Assembly: GCA_009914755.4 (NCBI GenBank) | Contig: CP068257.2 | Location: 40,928,001 to 40,992,000 of the forward strand | Direction of reading: 5' to 3' | Length of the DNA: 64,000 bases | From: the human T2T-CHM13v2.0 reference genome, Homo sapiens | In this document: positions 27,599-41,383 of the stretch, one piece after another | Position numbering within the stretch: position 1 is the stretch's first letter | Layout of the letters: each line of letters begins with the position of its first letter | Notes under the pieces: model-generated | The model's database searches: none | Seen by the model: only the letters and a program-made list of their open reading frames with translations | What the model was told of the DNA's origin: nothing | Made by a program: the position numbers and the translations under genes

Positions 27599-28708
27599 GT
27601 GAGTATGGAGGCCTTCCTGCTTTTCTTCCACACACGTTTTTAAAGTTCACACAGCTGGCAAGATGAAATACTAAAATCAACAGGCGCATTGAGCTGGTTT
27701 AACTGGAGCACATGGTGTGGCTAAAATTGTCCCGTGTCCTCCTTTGGGCAAGACCATCTGGAGAGGCCGGGGTCTCCTCTCCCCAGTGTGAGGCTTGCCA
27801 TTCTGTGGGTTTCACTGTGAGCTGGAAGTGTGCAAGCCTGGTCTGGGGCAGTGGCCCTGGGCACTCAGTGGAGAAGCCAGATGTGACCTTGAGGGCAGCC
27901 CCTCCTGGGGCCTTGGTGGGGCTGGCGGGGCTGCAGCAGCCTGCGACCTGCCACCTGCACCCTGCACCCCTGGTGGTGAGAGCAGCTCAGGCTGGCTCTT
28001 GGGCCACGTCAGGTAGCCAGGAACCTGGCGGTGTGACCTGAACAGGGTCCGGCCAGGAGCCAGGGCAGGTGGCCCCCCAGCCACCTCCTCCCAGCTTTGT
28101 CAGCTGCCCCTCCAGGATCGGTTGCGTAACCTTGGAGGACTATTTTGAACACCCTGCAGGCAGCGCTATCAAACTATGCCTCCAGCACTTAGAAGTATGC
28201 TTTCTGTCCTAATGAGCCAGCAGTGGGGATGTGTGGTCCCCTTAAATGTTATCCAGAAGGCAGCTTGCCCACAGGAGAGGAAGCGGAATTTCCTGTGACC
28301 CCCCCTCAGGCCAGAAGCTTCCTCACCTGAGTGTGAGCCTAGAGGAGAGTTTAGGAAATGACCTGGTCCGGAGAGAGGGTGGGGGTCTGCCCTCAGCGAG
28401 CACCACAGCAGCTGTGGGTGAGGAGAGGAAGGCCTTTCTGCTGCAGATGAAGCAGGGGTCAGCCCAGGCCCAGGGTCCGGCCTGTGATCGCTCCCTCATG
28501 GTGGCAGCTGCTGCCCTTCGAGGGTGGATGAGCCTGAGTCTTAGGGAGGGTATGATTTGCTTTAGCTCCTCACTAGACAAGTTTAGAGGAAGCTGTTTCT
28601 GCTGCATCCCCTCCCTGTGCTCCCCAGGCGCCCACCTCAGGCTGCTCCTATGCATGCGGGGCTCTCTGGAGGGCACATTTCCATTCTTTGCCCCTCTGCC
28701 TCCCACAG

Positions 28709-28782
28709 CCATGCTGCTGCTCAGCGGAGCCCTGGTCAGTGGGCCCTACACACTCATCACCACCGCCGTCTCCGCCGACCTG
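28709..28782 (+). CDS. SLC37A1: SLC37A1 coding exon (A-MLLLSGALVSGPYTLITTAVSADL)
   Basis: Acceptor CACAG ending 28708 and donor CTG|GTGAGT at 28783. 74 nt. Confidence 0.85.
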
Positions 28783-30083
28783 GTGAGTAGAACCGGGAGA
28801 GACACCAGCCCTGTGGGCACCCTGCCATGTGCCATTCATGACAAAAGTGGCCTCCATTACTGTTAGTAAAACTGCATTTGCAGAAGCACGTTTTTGGCAG
28901 CTCACCTACACCTGTGGTCTCCAGCCTTCCCGCACCTGTCCCCCTGCTCACCCTTCTCCTAAAATCATGGGCAGGTTGGTGCAAAACTCACCGTTCAGCA
29001 CAACAAAAGGCTCTTGGGCGCCATCCTCATGACTCAGGCGCCTTTTCAATCCAAGGGGGCAGGGGAGAGGTCCTGTCCTGGACGCCTCTGCAGAGAGAGA
29101 GGGGCCACGAAGAGGCGCTGGGGGATTCGGCCCTTCTCATCCAGGTACCATGCCCTGCCTTGGTCACCTTTGTATTGGACGTGTCCTGAAACTGCCTGAG
29201 TGTGCGTGAGCATGCAGACTTGTGTCTACATGGGCATGGAAAATTCTGGAAGGATCCACATCAGACCATTAGCAATGGTCAGCCTTCACGGGGTAGAGGC
29301 AGAGGAGAGACTTTCACTTATTTTTTAGACTTCAAAATACGTAGGTTCTGGATGATTTTCATATTGTGTGTTCTTTATTTTATATACATATTACGTGCAT
29401 ATACAAGCATTTATTTTTTTGAACGCTGGTTCATTTTTATAGTTTTAGGCTTCTAGGCACTGTTTCCCCTGATCTTTTTCCCCTCCTATTGTCCTCATTT
29501 TGGCTTTTTTCCCATTATCTATGCAACATTTTCAAAACCAGAGCTCCTGGCGGCTGCTCACCGAGGACCTGTGCCAGCCTTGGTTTCTCAGCTCTCCCCT
29601 CCTCCCTTCTTCCCCTGGCGTTTGCTATTGATCAGGTTGAATTTTAGGTCCTGCAGAGACATCTGACAGGGGTCCCAGGAAGGCCCTGGCTGTCGAGGAA
29701 TCCAGCAGACACGTGGATGTGTCTGGGAAGGAAGGCCGGCGCAGCTCAGGGCAGGGGCGCGCGTTGCGCACCTTCACGCCTCTCACGCTGGCTGCTCTGG
29801 GGCCTCAGGGAGGAGCAGGACTGTGCGGAACAAACGTTTTTTATTTGAAGAGAATCCTAAGAGTTCTTGTAACTAGAACCAAGCATTTCTGATGACTTTT
29901 GACTCTTAAAAACCCTTGAAGTTTTAACTCTCCAAGGCAAGCTTGGGGTGGAGTTTAAATAATGGGAAACACCCTCACGATGAGTTGTTTTGCAGAGCAG
30001 TTTGAGTAAATGGTCATACAGAGGCTTAGGTTTACTTCTCATGCTGTGGCAATAACTGCACGTCTGTTTTTCCTCTCTTCTAG

Positions 30084-30162
30084 GGGACTCATAAAAGTCT
30101 GAAAGGCAACGCGCACGCCCTCTCCACCGTGACGGCCATCATTGACGGGACGGGCTCTGTAG
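30084..30162 (+). CDS. SLC37A1: SLC37A1 coding exon (GTHKSLKGNAHALSTVTAIIDGTGSV+g)
   Basis: Pyrimidine tract + TAG acceptor at 30081-30083 and donor G|GTGCGC at 30163. Segment is highly conserved in SLC37A2. Confidence 0.85.
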
Positions 30163-31639
30163 GTGCGCAGAGAGTTTTAGCTCTGGGAGGTTTGGTGTCT
30201 TAGGGGAAATCACATTGTCACATGCTCGTGAACAGGTACCCAGGGTTCCAACTGCATCTATAACATTGGGTGGGCCGGCTTCTTACTATACGAGCAGATG
30301 AGCAGGGGACATCGGCACACAGAGATGGTCACGCATGCCTGGGTGGCTTGAGAGAGACGGGCGTGTGACTAGCTGTGCGTGTCCAGGTTTTCACCCGAGG
30401 CAGTGGTTGGCAAACTACAGCCCGTGGGCTAACTCAGGTCCACTCATTATTTATCGCCTTCATCTCAAGAAAGGCAGAATCTTATTTAAATTACAGAAAA
30501 ACCAATTGGTCCAAAATCATACAGGGTTCTGAGGTTACCAGCATCGTCGAAGCTCTTGAAGAGAATTCAGTGGCATATTCTGGAATTTAAAAAGGTGGCA
30601 GAATAAGCAAGCCATCCCCTTAGGGAGCAGGCAGGTGGAGCTGGCAGAGTGCCAGTCTCCTCGCCCATGTGCAGCCTGACGGCACGGCTGTGGCCTTCCC
30701 TGAGCCCTTGTATGGGGAGCACGCACAGTGGCTGCACCTGCCAGGCGAAAATCAGGAGTTGCCACACCTGCCAGGTGAAGATCAGGAGGGTCCTTCCTAC
30801 ATGGGGGACGTTATGGGGGGCTGCCTGGTGTGGCTGTCACAGCTAATAAGGAGGACCTGGGGTGCCAACCTGTGTGTCAGTTGCTGCGTGGGGGTCTCCA
30901 GTAAAGCCGAGTGTTTGGTAGATGAAGGTGGCTCGGTAGACCCAGGTCAGCCAGAACCTGGTGCTGGAGCCTTCCCACTGGCTCGTGCAGGGAGCTGATG
31001 TTGCTCTTGGCTGCCCCTGGCCTTGGTGCCAGCAGGCTGGAAACATCACAGCACGTTTCTGGGTGCCCACTGCTGTCTCAGTGATGCAGAATGCAAAGCC
31101 CTCCCGCCACATGGCCTCCCTGCTGCTCCTCCGAAGGCCAGGCTGGCCCCCGTGCGGGCTCTTTGCTCTGGTCACACCCCGTGCCTGGGAAGGTCCCCAC
31201 AGGTGACCTCGTGCCGCACTCCCTCATGCCGCACTCCCTCGTGCCTTGAGTCTTTGCCCAGATATCATCCTGTCAACAAGACTTCCTGGGACCACCCTGC
31301 TGAGAACGCGTGAACCCTTCCGACTCGGCCTCCAGGCCCCTCTCCCGGGTCTGTTCTCTGGAGCGCTCTCCCCATCCGCAGTGGGATTCGGTGCACTCCT
31401 CTGTTTTGTCTCCTCTGTCTCCTGCCACTGGAACGGAAGCTCCAGGAGGACGGGATTTGCCTGATTCTTTGCTGTATCCCAGTGAACTGAATGAGCTGCT
31501 CCCAGACAGTTAGAATCACAGCCGGGGCCCAGGCGGCTGACTGCACAGTGAGGAGCCAGGCCGGACAGGCCCCAGGCGCCCCCGCCCAGCCCTGGGTGGC
31601 GGGAACCCCAGCTCCACGCTGCTGCTGCTGCGTTTCCTT

Positions 31640-31920
31640 GTTCTGCGTTTCCTTGTTCTGGCCTTGTTCTGAGAAGCGGCGGGCAGGGTGGCCGTTGCCA
31701 TGTGACACACGGCCTGATTCTGAGAAGCGGCGGGCAGGGTGGCCATTGCCATGTCATGTGACACACGGCCTGGTTCTGAGAAGCGGCGGGCAGGGTGGCC
31801 GTTGTCATGCGACACACGGCCTGGTTCTGAGAAGCGGCGGGCAGGGTGGCCGTTGCCATGTCATGTGACACACGGCCTGGTTCTGAGAAGTGGTGGGCAG
31901 GGTGGCTGTTGCTCAGAAAG
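31640..31920. repeat. Intronic minisatellite, 51/56-bp unit, ~5 copies
   Basis: TTCTGAGAAGCGGCGGGCAGGGTGGCCGTTGCCATG(TCATG)TGACACACGGCCTGG recurs at 31657, 31708, 31764, 31815 and 31871. Alternate units carry a 5-bp TCATG insertion. Confidence 0.9.
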
Positions 31921-34245
31921 CCACACTTTGGCTTTTGCTGTTCACCAAAGTGAGACCAGACCAGCCTCGTCTCTGCCCTTCATGTTGGTTCCTTCCTTTC
32001 ACTGGATCCAGAGGGGCTTTGAGTGTATTGGGTGGCGGCAGTAGTCACCCCTCTGATCTTCTGTCTTGGGCATCTCAGTAGGAAGTCGGGGGACTGCGGG
32101 GCTGAGCTCAGTTCTGGTTGACGTTGTGACTGTGTGGCCTTCTCTTGGCCTTGTGCCTCAGTGGCCTGCAGTCTGCAATTCGGTCTGACTCTGCTGTGAA
32201 ACCCTGTTCTTAAAGCTAACTTGGCGCTCTACTGGCAACCCCGATTGCTGTTTTAAAAGCAGAAGATCAGCATAAAAAAAGAGAAGGAAATCATGAACTA
32301 GGTGAAAAAACACATTTTTCTTCATATTCTCAAAATGAGAGGGAAGCAGAAGTCTGTGGCTAAGGGTGGAGACCCTGCGTCTGTGAACAGAGGCCACTGC
32401 CCACCACTGCCCCCAAGCAGGTGGAGGGAGGCACAGTTCTGAATGCCTTTGGCCCCTCACAAGGAAGGTGGCACACACACCGGACCCCCTCTGGCCTTCT
32501 GTTAACCTGCACCAAGTCCTGACTGTCCGCGGAGCTGCCACGCCCACCTTGATGGCTGCTGCGTTACACCAGAGGCAGGACCAGGACCTGACTCCTCCAG
32601 GCTCCACTGCCCATCAGTGCCTGCTGCCTGCTCAGTGAATGGTCACCATGGAAACGGCGCTCAGGCCTACCCACCCCCACCACCACGCCTTGGTCATTGT
32701 TCCTTCCATGAGTGAGTGCTGCCCAGCAAGACAAAGTACAGGCTCCAGTGGGAAGGCCACCATGTCAGCCAAGTCCCTTCCCGAAGGAGGTGCCCGCATG
32801 CTTATTCAGTGTCACTGTCCACTCCTTGGCAGTGACTCGGGTGGAGGCGAAACATGACTAATCGTAAATCACCCCTGCCTTCTCCCAAGTGCCACACGGT
32901 TTGTTGACACGGTGTGCGCCTGGGGCGTTCACAGTGCTTAGAATCGCAGAGGTTGCCGTTTCTGTACATTTCATGCAGAGCAATTAAATAGGGCACTGCA
33001 TTTTTCTTCAAGTTAATTTTTATTTATTAAAGTAAAACATAATGTACCTTAGAAGCCAGACAGTCCTACAAGCTTATTATGTTGTACAGCGGCGTTCCGT
33101 CCCCCTCCCCAGCCCTCTCTTTCTAGAGGCAGCCAATTTCAGCTGCCTCTCTCTGCTTACCTACGTATTTCCATGTTTCTTGGTTCATCATCTGAACGTC
33201 ATCAGCTGTGCTCCTCTTACAGAAGAGGGGACCTGGCTCCCTTCCACCCCGACATTGCCCACCCCTCCTCCTCCTCAGTTATACCAGCCATGCTTCTGCC
33301 CTTCACTTTCCAGCCAAGAAACAAACTTTAATTATGCACCCTCAATAGATACATCTTGTTTTTTCCCGGGTAAGTAAACATCTCATCTTTTCCTCTTTTT
33401 CACATTTCCGGCAAAGTTCTTCCTTCCCTGCACCGTGGTCGCCATCCTGCCCTGCCCCACCCCTTTCACGCCATCAGCCTCACTCCGCCCACTGCGCGGC
33501 TTGGCCCCAGAGCACCTGTCACCACGGTGCTGGGAGTCCCCCTCCTCTCTTGCCTGCGACACAGCCCTAGCAGTCTAGACCCCTGTTTACCACTCCTGTG
33601 GTGGAAACTGGCTCCTAGCAGCTTCCTGAGTTAGGGGAGGTGGGTTCTGCAAGCTTACAAGTGCGTGATGGCTGGATTCTGCTCTCGCCTGAGGCAATGT
33701 GGACGTGGAAACACCTTCTCTTCAGAACCCCCGTCTTCCAGCCTCCATTGCTGTCACTGACACGTTCACAGACATTCTGACCCCAGCCCTTGCTTTCTGA
33801 CCTTCTCTTTTTTCTCTTAGATCTCCAGGTTCCCTTCCTTACCCCGGGAGCCTTTCTTCATCCACCGTCCTGGGGCACCTGGTGGCACCTTCAGTCTGGA
33901 AACACCTGCCCTTCACTTTAGGGGAATTGGGCCCCTGTTCGTTTGCTAAGTTTTCCTACCATTTTCTGATTTGTTTTTTCTTTCTGGAAAATGTATTAGT
34001 CAGATGTAGGCTTTTCTGGATTAATCCTTCAACTTTCCTTTCTTTCTTTCCCTTCCTGCCTGTCTCCCTGTTCTTTCTTACACTTTCTCAGGGAGATTCT
34101 TGACTGTATTTTCCAACTTTGTATCGACCATTTTACTTTTCCTGCCATATTTTCAATGTTTACTGATGTTTCTCTGCCCTTTCAGTGCATCCTGTTTTAT
34201 TTCATGTTAGACTGAATCATGTGAAATTGATAACAGGTTTTCAGC

Positions 34246-34278
<33 letters not shown>

Positions 34279-36406
34279 AGAGAGTGTCCTGAGGTTCAGC
34301 TTAGTCTTCTGTTGGCTCTCTGGGGGGAGGTTCAACTTAGTCTTCTGTTGGCTCTCTGTGGGTGCTGTGAGCTCTGGGAATGTTCTCCTCCAGGCTCCCT
34401 CCTGCCAGCTTGCTTGCTTTCACGTTGGGGTGTTCCCCAGACACAGGGCAGACCTAGGTTGCCCCTTCATCACTTCCCATGGAAGAAGGGGCCCTGCATA
34501 GTGGTTTGAAGTCTCTCTGTGGGGACAGTGTGCTGGCTGCTGGTCTCCAGGCAGTGGGACCCTGCGGAACCTGCAGGAGGAGACTCCTTCAGTGCCCAGG
34601 GGAGCCTGGGTCCAGCTGCCAACATCCTTGCCATGGCATGGAAGCTTGGTGGAAGCTGGTGTCTTTCCCCAGATCCCCTGTCGCCTGTTAGGTGAGCATC
34701 CCTGTCCTGCACTGGGCTTAGTGTCCCCACGGGTTAAGCTGCGCTGTCCTGCACGGGGGCGTCAGGAGGAGTCTCTTTATCAGTGAGGATGAGAAAAGAG
34801 ACCTGGGATCCGAGGTGCGGCAGAGGGAATGTAGCTAACAGTTTGTGATAAAAGACTCAACCCATGCACCTTTTTTCTCTTGCTGACCCCCTTCCGTTCC
34901 CACTGCGTTCCTCCTTCCTTGCCTTCCCCCTCCCCTGTCTCTTGGGCTCCGCTGGGCCTCGCTCTGCTCCAGGTGTCCCTGTGCTGTCTCCCTCTGAGGA
35001 TGCTCAGTGGAGCAGGGAACACTGGAGGCTGTGTTAGCTGTCAGCCCTTCTGTGTCCATCTTCCAAAACTACGTGCCCTTCGGTGGGAGGTTTTATCATC
35101 TTTAGAAGTCAGTGATGGTGCAGTTCATGTTGCTTGGGGGTGTGGAGATAACACATGAGTAGCCGACCATGTTTACCTGGAAGTTCTGAGAATTAAAAAA
35201 AAAAACATACAATTGCTCCTGGGATTATAAAATAGTAAGTGCACTTTGTGAACACTTGAAAAAAACAAGTGCCTAGGGCGTGAAAGACCCTGGTTATCTT
35301 ACCTCTCAGAGTTGAATATGTCAGTTCATAGGTTGGTGGAAATTCTTCATGCTTTTTCCCATGCATCTACCAAAACAGGCCATCCTACATGTGTATCAGA
35401 ATTCATTTCAGTCCCTCTTGGTAAAATGCACCAGATGCTACAAAACACATTCTTAAACAGCAGTCCTTGGGCATTTAGGGGGATACGTTATTTGTTTTCA
35501 TCATTTAAAAACACATCTTGACATAATTTCAGACTTTGAGAAAGTTGCAGAAATAGTACAAAGAATTCAGACATTTTAGTACATGTGGTTCATCATGCAC
35601 CCCTCGTGTTTTTACACACACACATGCACACACACATATATGCACACACACATGCATAATTTTTCTGAACCACTTAAGAGTAAGATGCACACATGCTGCC
35701 CCTTTCCTCGTAACTATTCAGCATGTACTTCCTAAAAACAAGGAGTTCCATGACAGACCACAGTGCATGATCAGAATCAGAAAGTGAGCATTGAAAGAAT
35801 ATTAGTATCTACAATTCTTATTCAAATTTTACCCAGTTACATTTTTATAGCATAAGAATATCTAAGATTGTGCATTGAATTCAGATTTCCTTACGTGTAC
35901 TCAAGAAAATAATGGGAGTGTTGGATGAAAAGAATGAACATTGCAATGTCAACACACATTTTTAGGATGGTTCTGGGAAAAGGCTGTGCCAGCTCTGCCT
36001 TCCCAGTACGGAGGCGTACAGGTGGAGTATCCTTATCTGAAGTACTTGGGACCAGAAGTGGTTATGTCTTTTTATTTTTTCAGATTGTGGGATATTTGCA
36101 TTACACTGGTTGAGCATCTCAAATCCCAATTCTGAAATGCCCCAGTGAGCATTTCCTTTGAGTGTCAGCACTCAAAAAGTTACAAATTCTAGAGATTTTG
36201 GATTTCAGGTTTTCAGATTTGGAAGGCTCAACCTATACTAGGCCTTGTACCCGCTCCCAATCTGATAGGCCAGGATGAGGTAGTGTAGTTCCATATGTGT
36301 TCCTTTCATTGTGAGTGAGGTGTTGAGCCCCATTCTCTGTGGCTGCTAGTTATGTGCTGGGATTTTCTCTAAACAGCACCATGTGTGTCCATTTGCCTGA
36401 TTTCAG

Positions 36407-36504
36407 GAGCAGCCCTGGGCCCCCTGCTGGCTGGGCTCCTCTCCCCGTCCGGCTGGAGCAATGTGTTTTACATGCTGATGTTTGCAGATGCCTGTGCCTT
36501 ACTG
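36407..36504 (+). CDS. SLC37A1: SLC37A1 coding exon (G-AALGPLLAGLLSPSGWSNVFYMLMFADACALL)
   Basis: Acceptor TTTCAG ending 36406 and donor CTG|GTAAGT at 36505. 98 nt. Confidence 0.85.
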
Positions 36505-37329
36505 GTAAGTCGGCCTATTTTTAGTCCAATCCACCTTGAATGCAGATCTCTGTGGTTGTGTCCAAACACTGGTGGAACTTTCTCCCATGCATTCCTGAGT
36601 TATCAGAGAGGTTTGGGTCTTCCCATCTTTTCTAAATATGCGTGGTCTAAAGCTCCTTCTCTCTCTGATTAGAAAAAGTCAGAAACAGAAGCAGGACAGT
36701 CTTGCTCTGCAGCCTTGGGCGGGATAGCACAAAGGCCAGGAGCGTGGAGCTCCGTGGCTCTAGATCCTGCCTGTCACCTGTCATGTGTGTGACTTGGGCA
36801 GGTTTCGTAACCTCTGCTCCACAGTTTCCACAGCTTTAAAATGGGCATGATAATGGCACCCAGTGACAAGATTGTTGTGGGAATTAAAGCAGATGATACA
36901 CAGAGCCTGGCCTCCCAGTGGTCATCAGTGTCCTGGTGTCCCTCCTGCAGCCATGCTGTCAGACGGCGGGAGCGGCCCCAACTTCTTTCACCTGAAGGGA
37001 TGGGAGAGAATAAAGGAGCAAAGAGGTTGCCAGTGCAGACACTGAGTCGCCTTCTGGCTTCTGCCCCCTTTTCTCTGGGCTCCTGCTTCTGTGCCCTCCT
37101 GTGTTGAGAAAGTTTGAGGTTTTCCCCTGGGTAAGGAAGACCAGTGATGATGTCACAGTCACATAGATGTGCAGCTGTGAGGGGTGCATACACATCTTTA
37201 CAAGTCACCTGGCCACAAAGTCCCCAGACCCACAGCCATGCCTCTCCTCTCACTTCACCAGACAAAACCTTAGGCTGATCCCAATAAAAATGAGTTGAGA
37301 ATTTCAGAAATATCAACTCACTCAATTAA

Positions 37330-39530
37330 ATGAAAGTCTTATATTTTAATTCCAGGAAATTCTAAAACTCAACTTCCCCACCACATACAAAATCAAATAC
37401 CAACTCTCAACCTATGAACTTACTAGGTTTAAGTGGCTGTTCTTTGGATCATCTGTGGGTTCTTTTAATGCCTGAATGTTCTAATGAAGCCTCCAGATGG
37501 ATTTCCACTAAGTAGCAGTAAAATTCCTGTCATTACAACTGTTCAGAGAATCTGAAATATCTTCTTTAGAACTATCTGGTAATATATATTGAAAATTGTT
37601 TTGATGCTTAGCCAAACTCATAAGAAAGTAAAGGAACTCCCCAGGAGCCAGAATTGTAAAGGCAATATAAATACACAAGCTCAGGAATCAACGGGTTGGG
37701 GTGGTTGTGCCCACACTGGGTAAGAGACAAGGCGTTAGGCTGGCACAAGATGAAGATTTGGAACTGGAGACTTCGTCATAGAGCCAGGACCCTCGAAGAG
37801 CCATGCTTGCAGTGAAAGAGTATACTAGATGATATCTGCACACTGGCACAGGAAGACAATGGGAATCTGCCCATCTTAGCCAGATTAGGGGGAAGAAATC
37901 TCCCTTGAAAATTTTTAGCCATAGACCTCCCCACAGTCAGCTTTAATCTTTGAGCTTATATAAATATATTTTAAATGAGCAAAGTTGGTCCTTAGGCAGT
38001 GATAATACAGAAGCAAATAGGGACAAATCTCAACCCTGCAGCATAGGATTTCTGTAGCTAACACCCTACAAAAGATGAGCTCACAATCCAAAATAATGAA
38101 ACATAAGGAAGCAATCCACATTGAATGACAGTAACAGACATAAAAAATGGTGGAATTGGACTCCCCCAAAACTGCAGATAAAAGAGTTATGTAAACTAAA
38201 AATAAATATATGCAATGTTACTAATGACATAAGAAAAAGGAACTGACCTCATGAAAAAAAGAACAAGACACTATTGAAAAGACAGAGCAGGCTTCAAAAA
38301 CAACCAAACAGGAGTTATAGAAATGAAAAATGTGATCTTTAGCCTGGAAAAAGACTCAATGGATGGGTTAGAAAAGCAAATTAGATACCGCTGAAGAGAA
38401 GATTACTGAAGTGAAATATAGATATGAAGAAATTATCCAGAATTCAGCACAAAAAGAGAGATGGAAAATATTAGAGAGAAATTAAATATAAAATGGAGGA
38501 CCAAATGAGATGGCCTAAAGTTATCTGAAAGTAATTCCAGAGGAAGATGATAGACTGGATTTGAAGCAATATTTTAAGACAAAATAGCTGAGAATTTTCC
38601 AGATACATGAAAGACAAACATTCTTAGATTCAGGAATCAAATGACTTAGAATTCTGTACCTAGATAAACTTGCACACAAGAGTAAGGGTGAAGTGAAAAC
38701 ATTTTTAACCAAAGATGCTCCCAGCAAAAATTGCTAAACAATGTATTTAGAGAAGGAAGATAGATCCAGAAGGAAAGTCTGAGATGCAAGGAGAAATGCA
38801 AGCAAAAACAAGTGATATTCCTAAGGATGAATCTAAAGGAGTATTGACCATATAAAATAGGGGCCAGCTAACTGTGGCCTATTTTTGTGTGATCCTCCAG
38901 CTGGGAATGGTTTATATTTTTAAATATGTCTTTAAAAAATCAACAAAAGAATGTGCAACAGAAACCATATGGCTGCAAAGCCTGAAATATTTACTATCTA
39001 GACCTTTACAGAAAAAGCTTTCTGACTCTCAGTTTAAAACAACAGCAATAATGACTAATTTGGGCAATATAAAAAAGAACTGAAATACTGAAAATGTAAG
39101 GTACAAGTGGGACAATGAGAGTTCCAGTACACTGCAGTTCTTATGTTGTCAAGCCAATAGCAATAGAATGTGTAACCTTCAAGGCAATACAGGGAAATGA
39201 AGACTTAATCTAAGAGAACCTAGGGTCAGGGGAAGCATAGAAAAAAACAGGGTAAATACAGAAATACAGAGCAACATGGATGAAAATGATCCCAGCATGC
39301 CAGCAACACAGTGACAATAAATGGACTTAAACTCATCAGTTAGGAGCAGAGATTGTCAGGTTGCTTTTAAAAATACAGGCACTGGTTATTTGCAAGAAAC
39401 ACACCTGCTACACTGGAATTCCGAAAAGACAAAAGTAAAAGAATGGGAAACTACACGACAGGTAAATAATAACCAGAGGAAGCCGGATTTGCTGCGTTGG
39501 AAGAAAGAGACCTAAAGCTGAAGCACTTGG
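37330..39530 (+). mobile_element. Ancient L1 (L1M-type) 5' portion: 5'UTR/ORF1 remnant into the start of ORF2
   Basis: Conceptual translation gives degenerate L1 ORF1p motifs (…AIF.DKIAENFP…ILYLDKLAHKSKGEVKTF…). The junction into ORF2 (…AAAGAATGGGAAACTACACGACAGGTAAATAATAACCAGAGGAAGCCGGATTTGC…) has multiple stops and frameshifts. Confidence 0.6.
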
Positions 39531-41100
39531 GAGACGGGGGCTTGTCGCAGTGGAGAAGGAACTATACCAGGATGTGCAGCAGGTCCGTGAGCTTGAGTTG
39601 GGCTTTTCAAACCTAAGAACTAGACATACCTTTTTCTCTTCACTGATCAACATGCTTTTTGGTATCTTTTCACCAAAATAGACAAGTGTTTCCTCCCGAG
39701 TCTGGAGCTGAGAACCTCCATGATCTGAGCAGGTGTCCTGGGGGGCCAGAGGGCACCATGCTTCCTGCCTCACAACGCACACTGATGGCCAGCTCCAGGG
39801 CCTGCAGGACTGCCTGGCGCACGACCGAAGGCCTCAGGTCTCCAGTGCGTGTCGCCTGGGCTCCTGGAGTTGGTAGGGCCCCTCCTTGTTGGTCATTCTT
39901 GCATGCGTGAGCCAAACACGTGGGCATGTTTTGAAATTGGATCTCTGTTCTTCAGAACTGTCACCATTTACAGTTCATCCCGTACCCACAGATAACACTT
40001 GCTACTATATTCTTCATCTTTTTCTCTCTTAATGATCAGCTTTTCATAATCATAGGCCTCTTTGGGCTAGCACTTTTCATACATCACACTTGGCAGGATG
40101 TAGATGTGGGTAAGGTACCAGCTCAAACACAATAAGCCTGTGCCGGTAGTTGGAGCTAGAGGTTCAGATTCACACAGATGGATTTATTTAACAAAAATCT
40201 TGCTATTGTCACCAGCACTATTGTTCGTACCTGCCGTGTTCCCACGACCTTTACCACCTAATTGTCGCAAACACCTTTCATGCACCAAGCAGAGCAGCTG
40301 GATGCATCTTATCTGTAGGAGGGGCCCCTGTTCTCTCCAGCTTGAACTCACCTCATACAAGGGACTCCTAAGCTCCTACTTGAACCACAAGCACCTAAGA
40401 AAATAGAAGAGTTTCTGCCTTCTAGAGCTCTGGCCTGAGGCTTGGTGGTGGGGCCATGTGTTTGGTTTTTAAGTAGCCCCTCGAGACCCTCCAGCACCCC
40501 TTCCCTGCCTCCCCTGGACCAGTGATCCACCCTGGGTCTGAGGGCATCTGCTGCCCTCTAAGAACGAGGGGCCACGTCCAGGGAGAGCCCTCCTGTGGGC
40601 TGATGTCCCACTTGGGGAGAGACTGGATCCACACTGGAAAATGCACTAGTTAAATTGGAGGTAGCACAATCATTTGTCTGGATTTGTAGGCTGGCGTTGA
40701 GCCCTCAAACATGTGAAGGGCACGGAGTTAAAGCTCTGGGTCCGGCGAGGAGCCAAGGCTGAGGCAGTGATGTTGGTGGAAAGCCCTGGGCCCCGGCCAG
40801 GCCTGGCCTCCAAGGGGCTCCCAGTGGGGTGCGGCTGTCCTGTGACAGCCTCTTCAGACCCCAGGGCTGGCGCCAGAGGAAGTGCTCACCTGGCTTTAGA
40901 GTCACCTGAGAAGCTCGCAGGTCCACCCACTGGGCCACCCGCATTATGGTCCTCTTGTCTTTATTTCCTTTTTCCCACTGTGGACATTTCATGATTGGAT
41001 TAATTTTAGTCTAAACGTGACTTGAACCCAGAAGTAGTTCAGGCTGCATCTCTCCCAAAAGCCTTGTTTTCAGGGCAGCTCCTGGTTCTTCGTGGGCCTT

Positions 41101-41195
41101 CATCAGACAGCCCTGCCCTCATCAGACAGCCCTGCCCTCATCAGACAGCCCTGCCCTCATCAGACAGCCCTGCCCACATCAGACAGCCCTGCCCA
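41101..41195. repeat. 19-bp tandem repeat (CATCAGACAGCCCTGCCCT)x5, intronic, ~190 bp upstream of the exon at 41384
   Basis: Five near-perfect tandem copies. The last two carry a T>A change (…GCCCACATCAG…). Confidence 0.9.
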
Positions 41196-41383
41196 CAGGA
41201 GCCCAGGCCTCCGGCTGAGCATGCAAGCCCCGCTGCTCTTGCAGGGAGGCCACCCCAGGGAAGGTGCTGTGGGGAGAGAGCCACCCGCCCAGGCCTTGCG
41301 GGCCAGGTCCTCATGGTGCCCACGGCGCGGGCCGCCCTGTGCCTGCTCCAGTAACAGGTGGGCTCACCTTTGTTTTGGTGCAG

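Noticed and set aside
31224-31871. 215-aa minus-strand ORF and overlapping 147, 125 and 99-aa ORFs with internal repeats (…ATLPAASQNQAVC…).
   Set aside because: They are generated by the intronic 51/56-bp minisatellite. They lie in an SLC37A1 intron and have no independent coding evidence.
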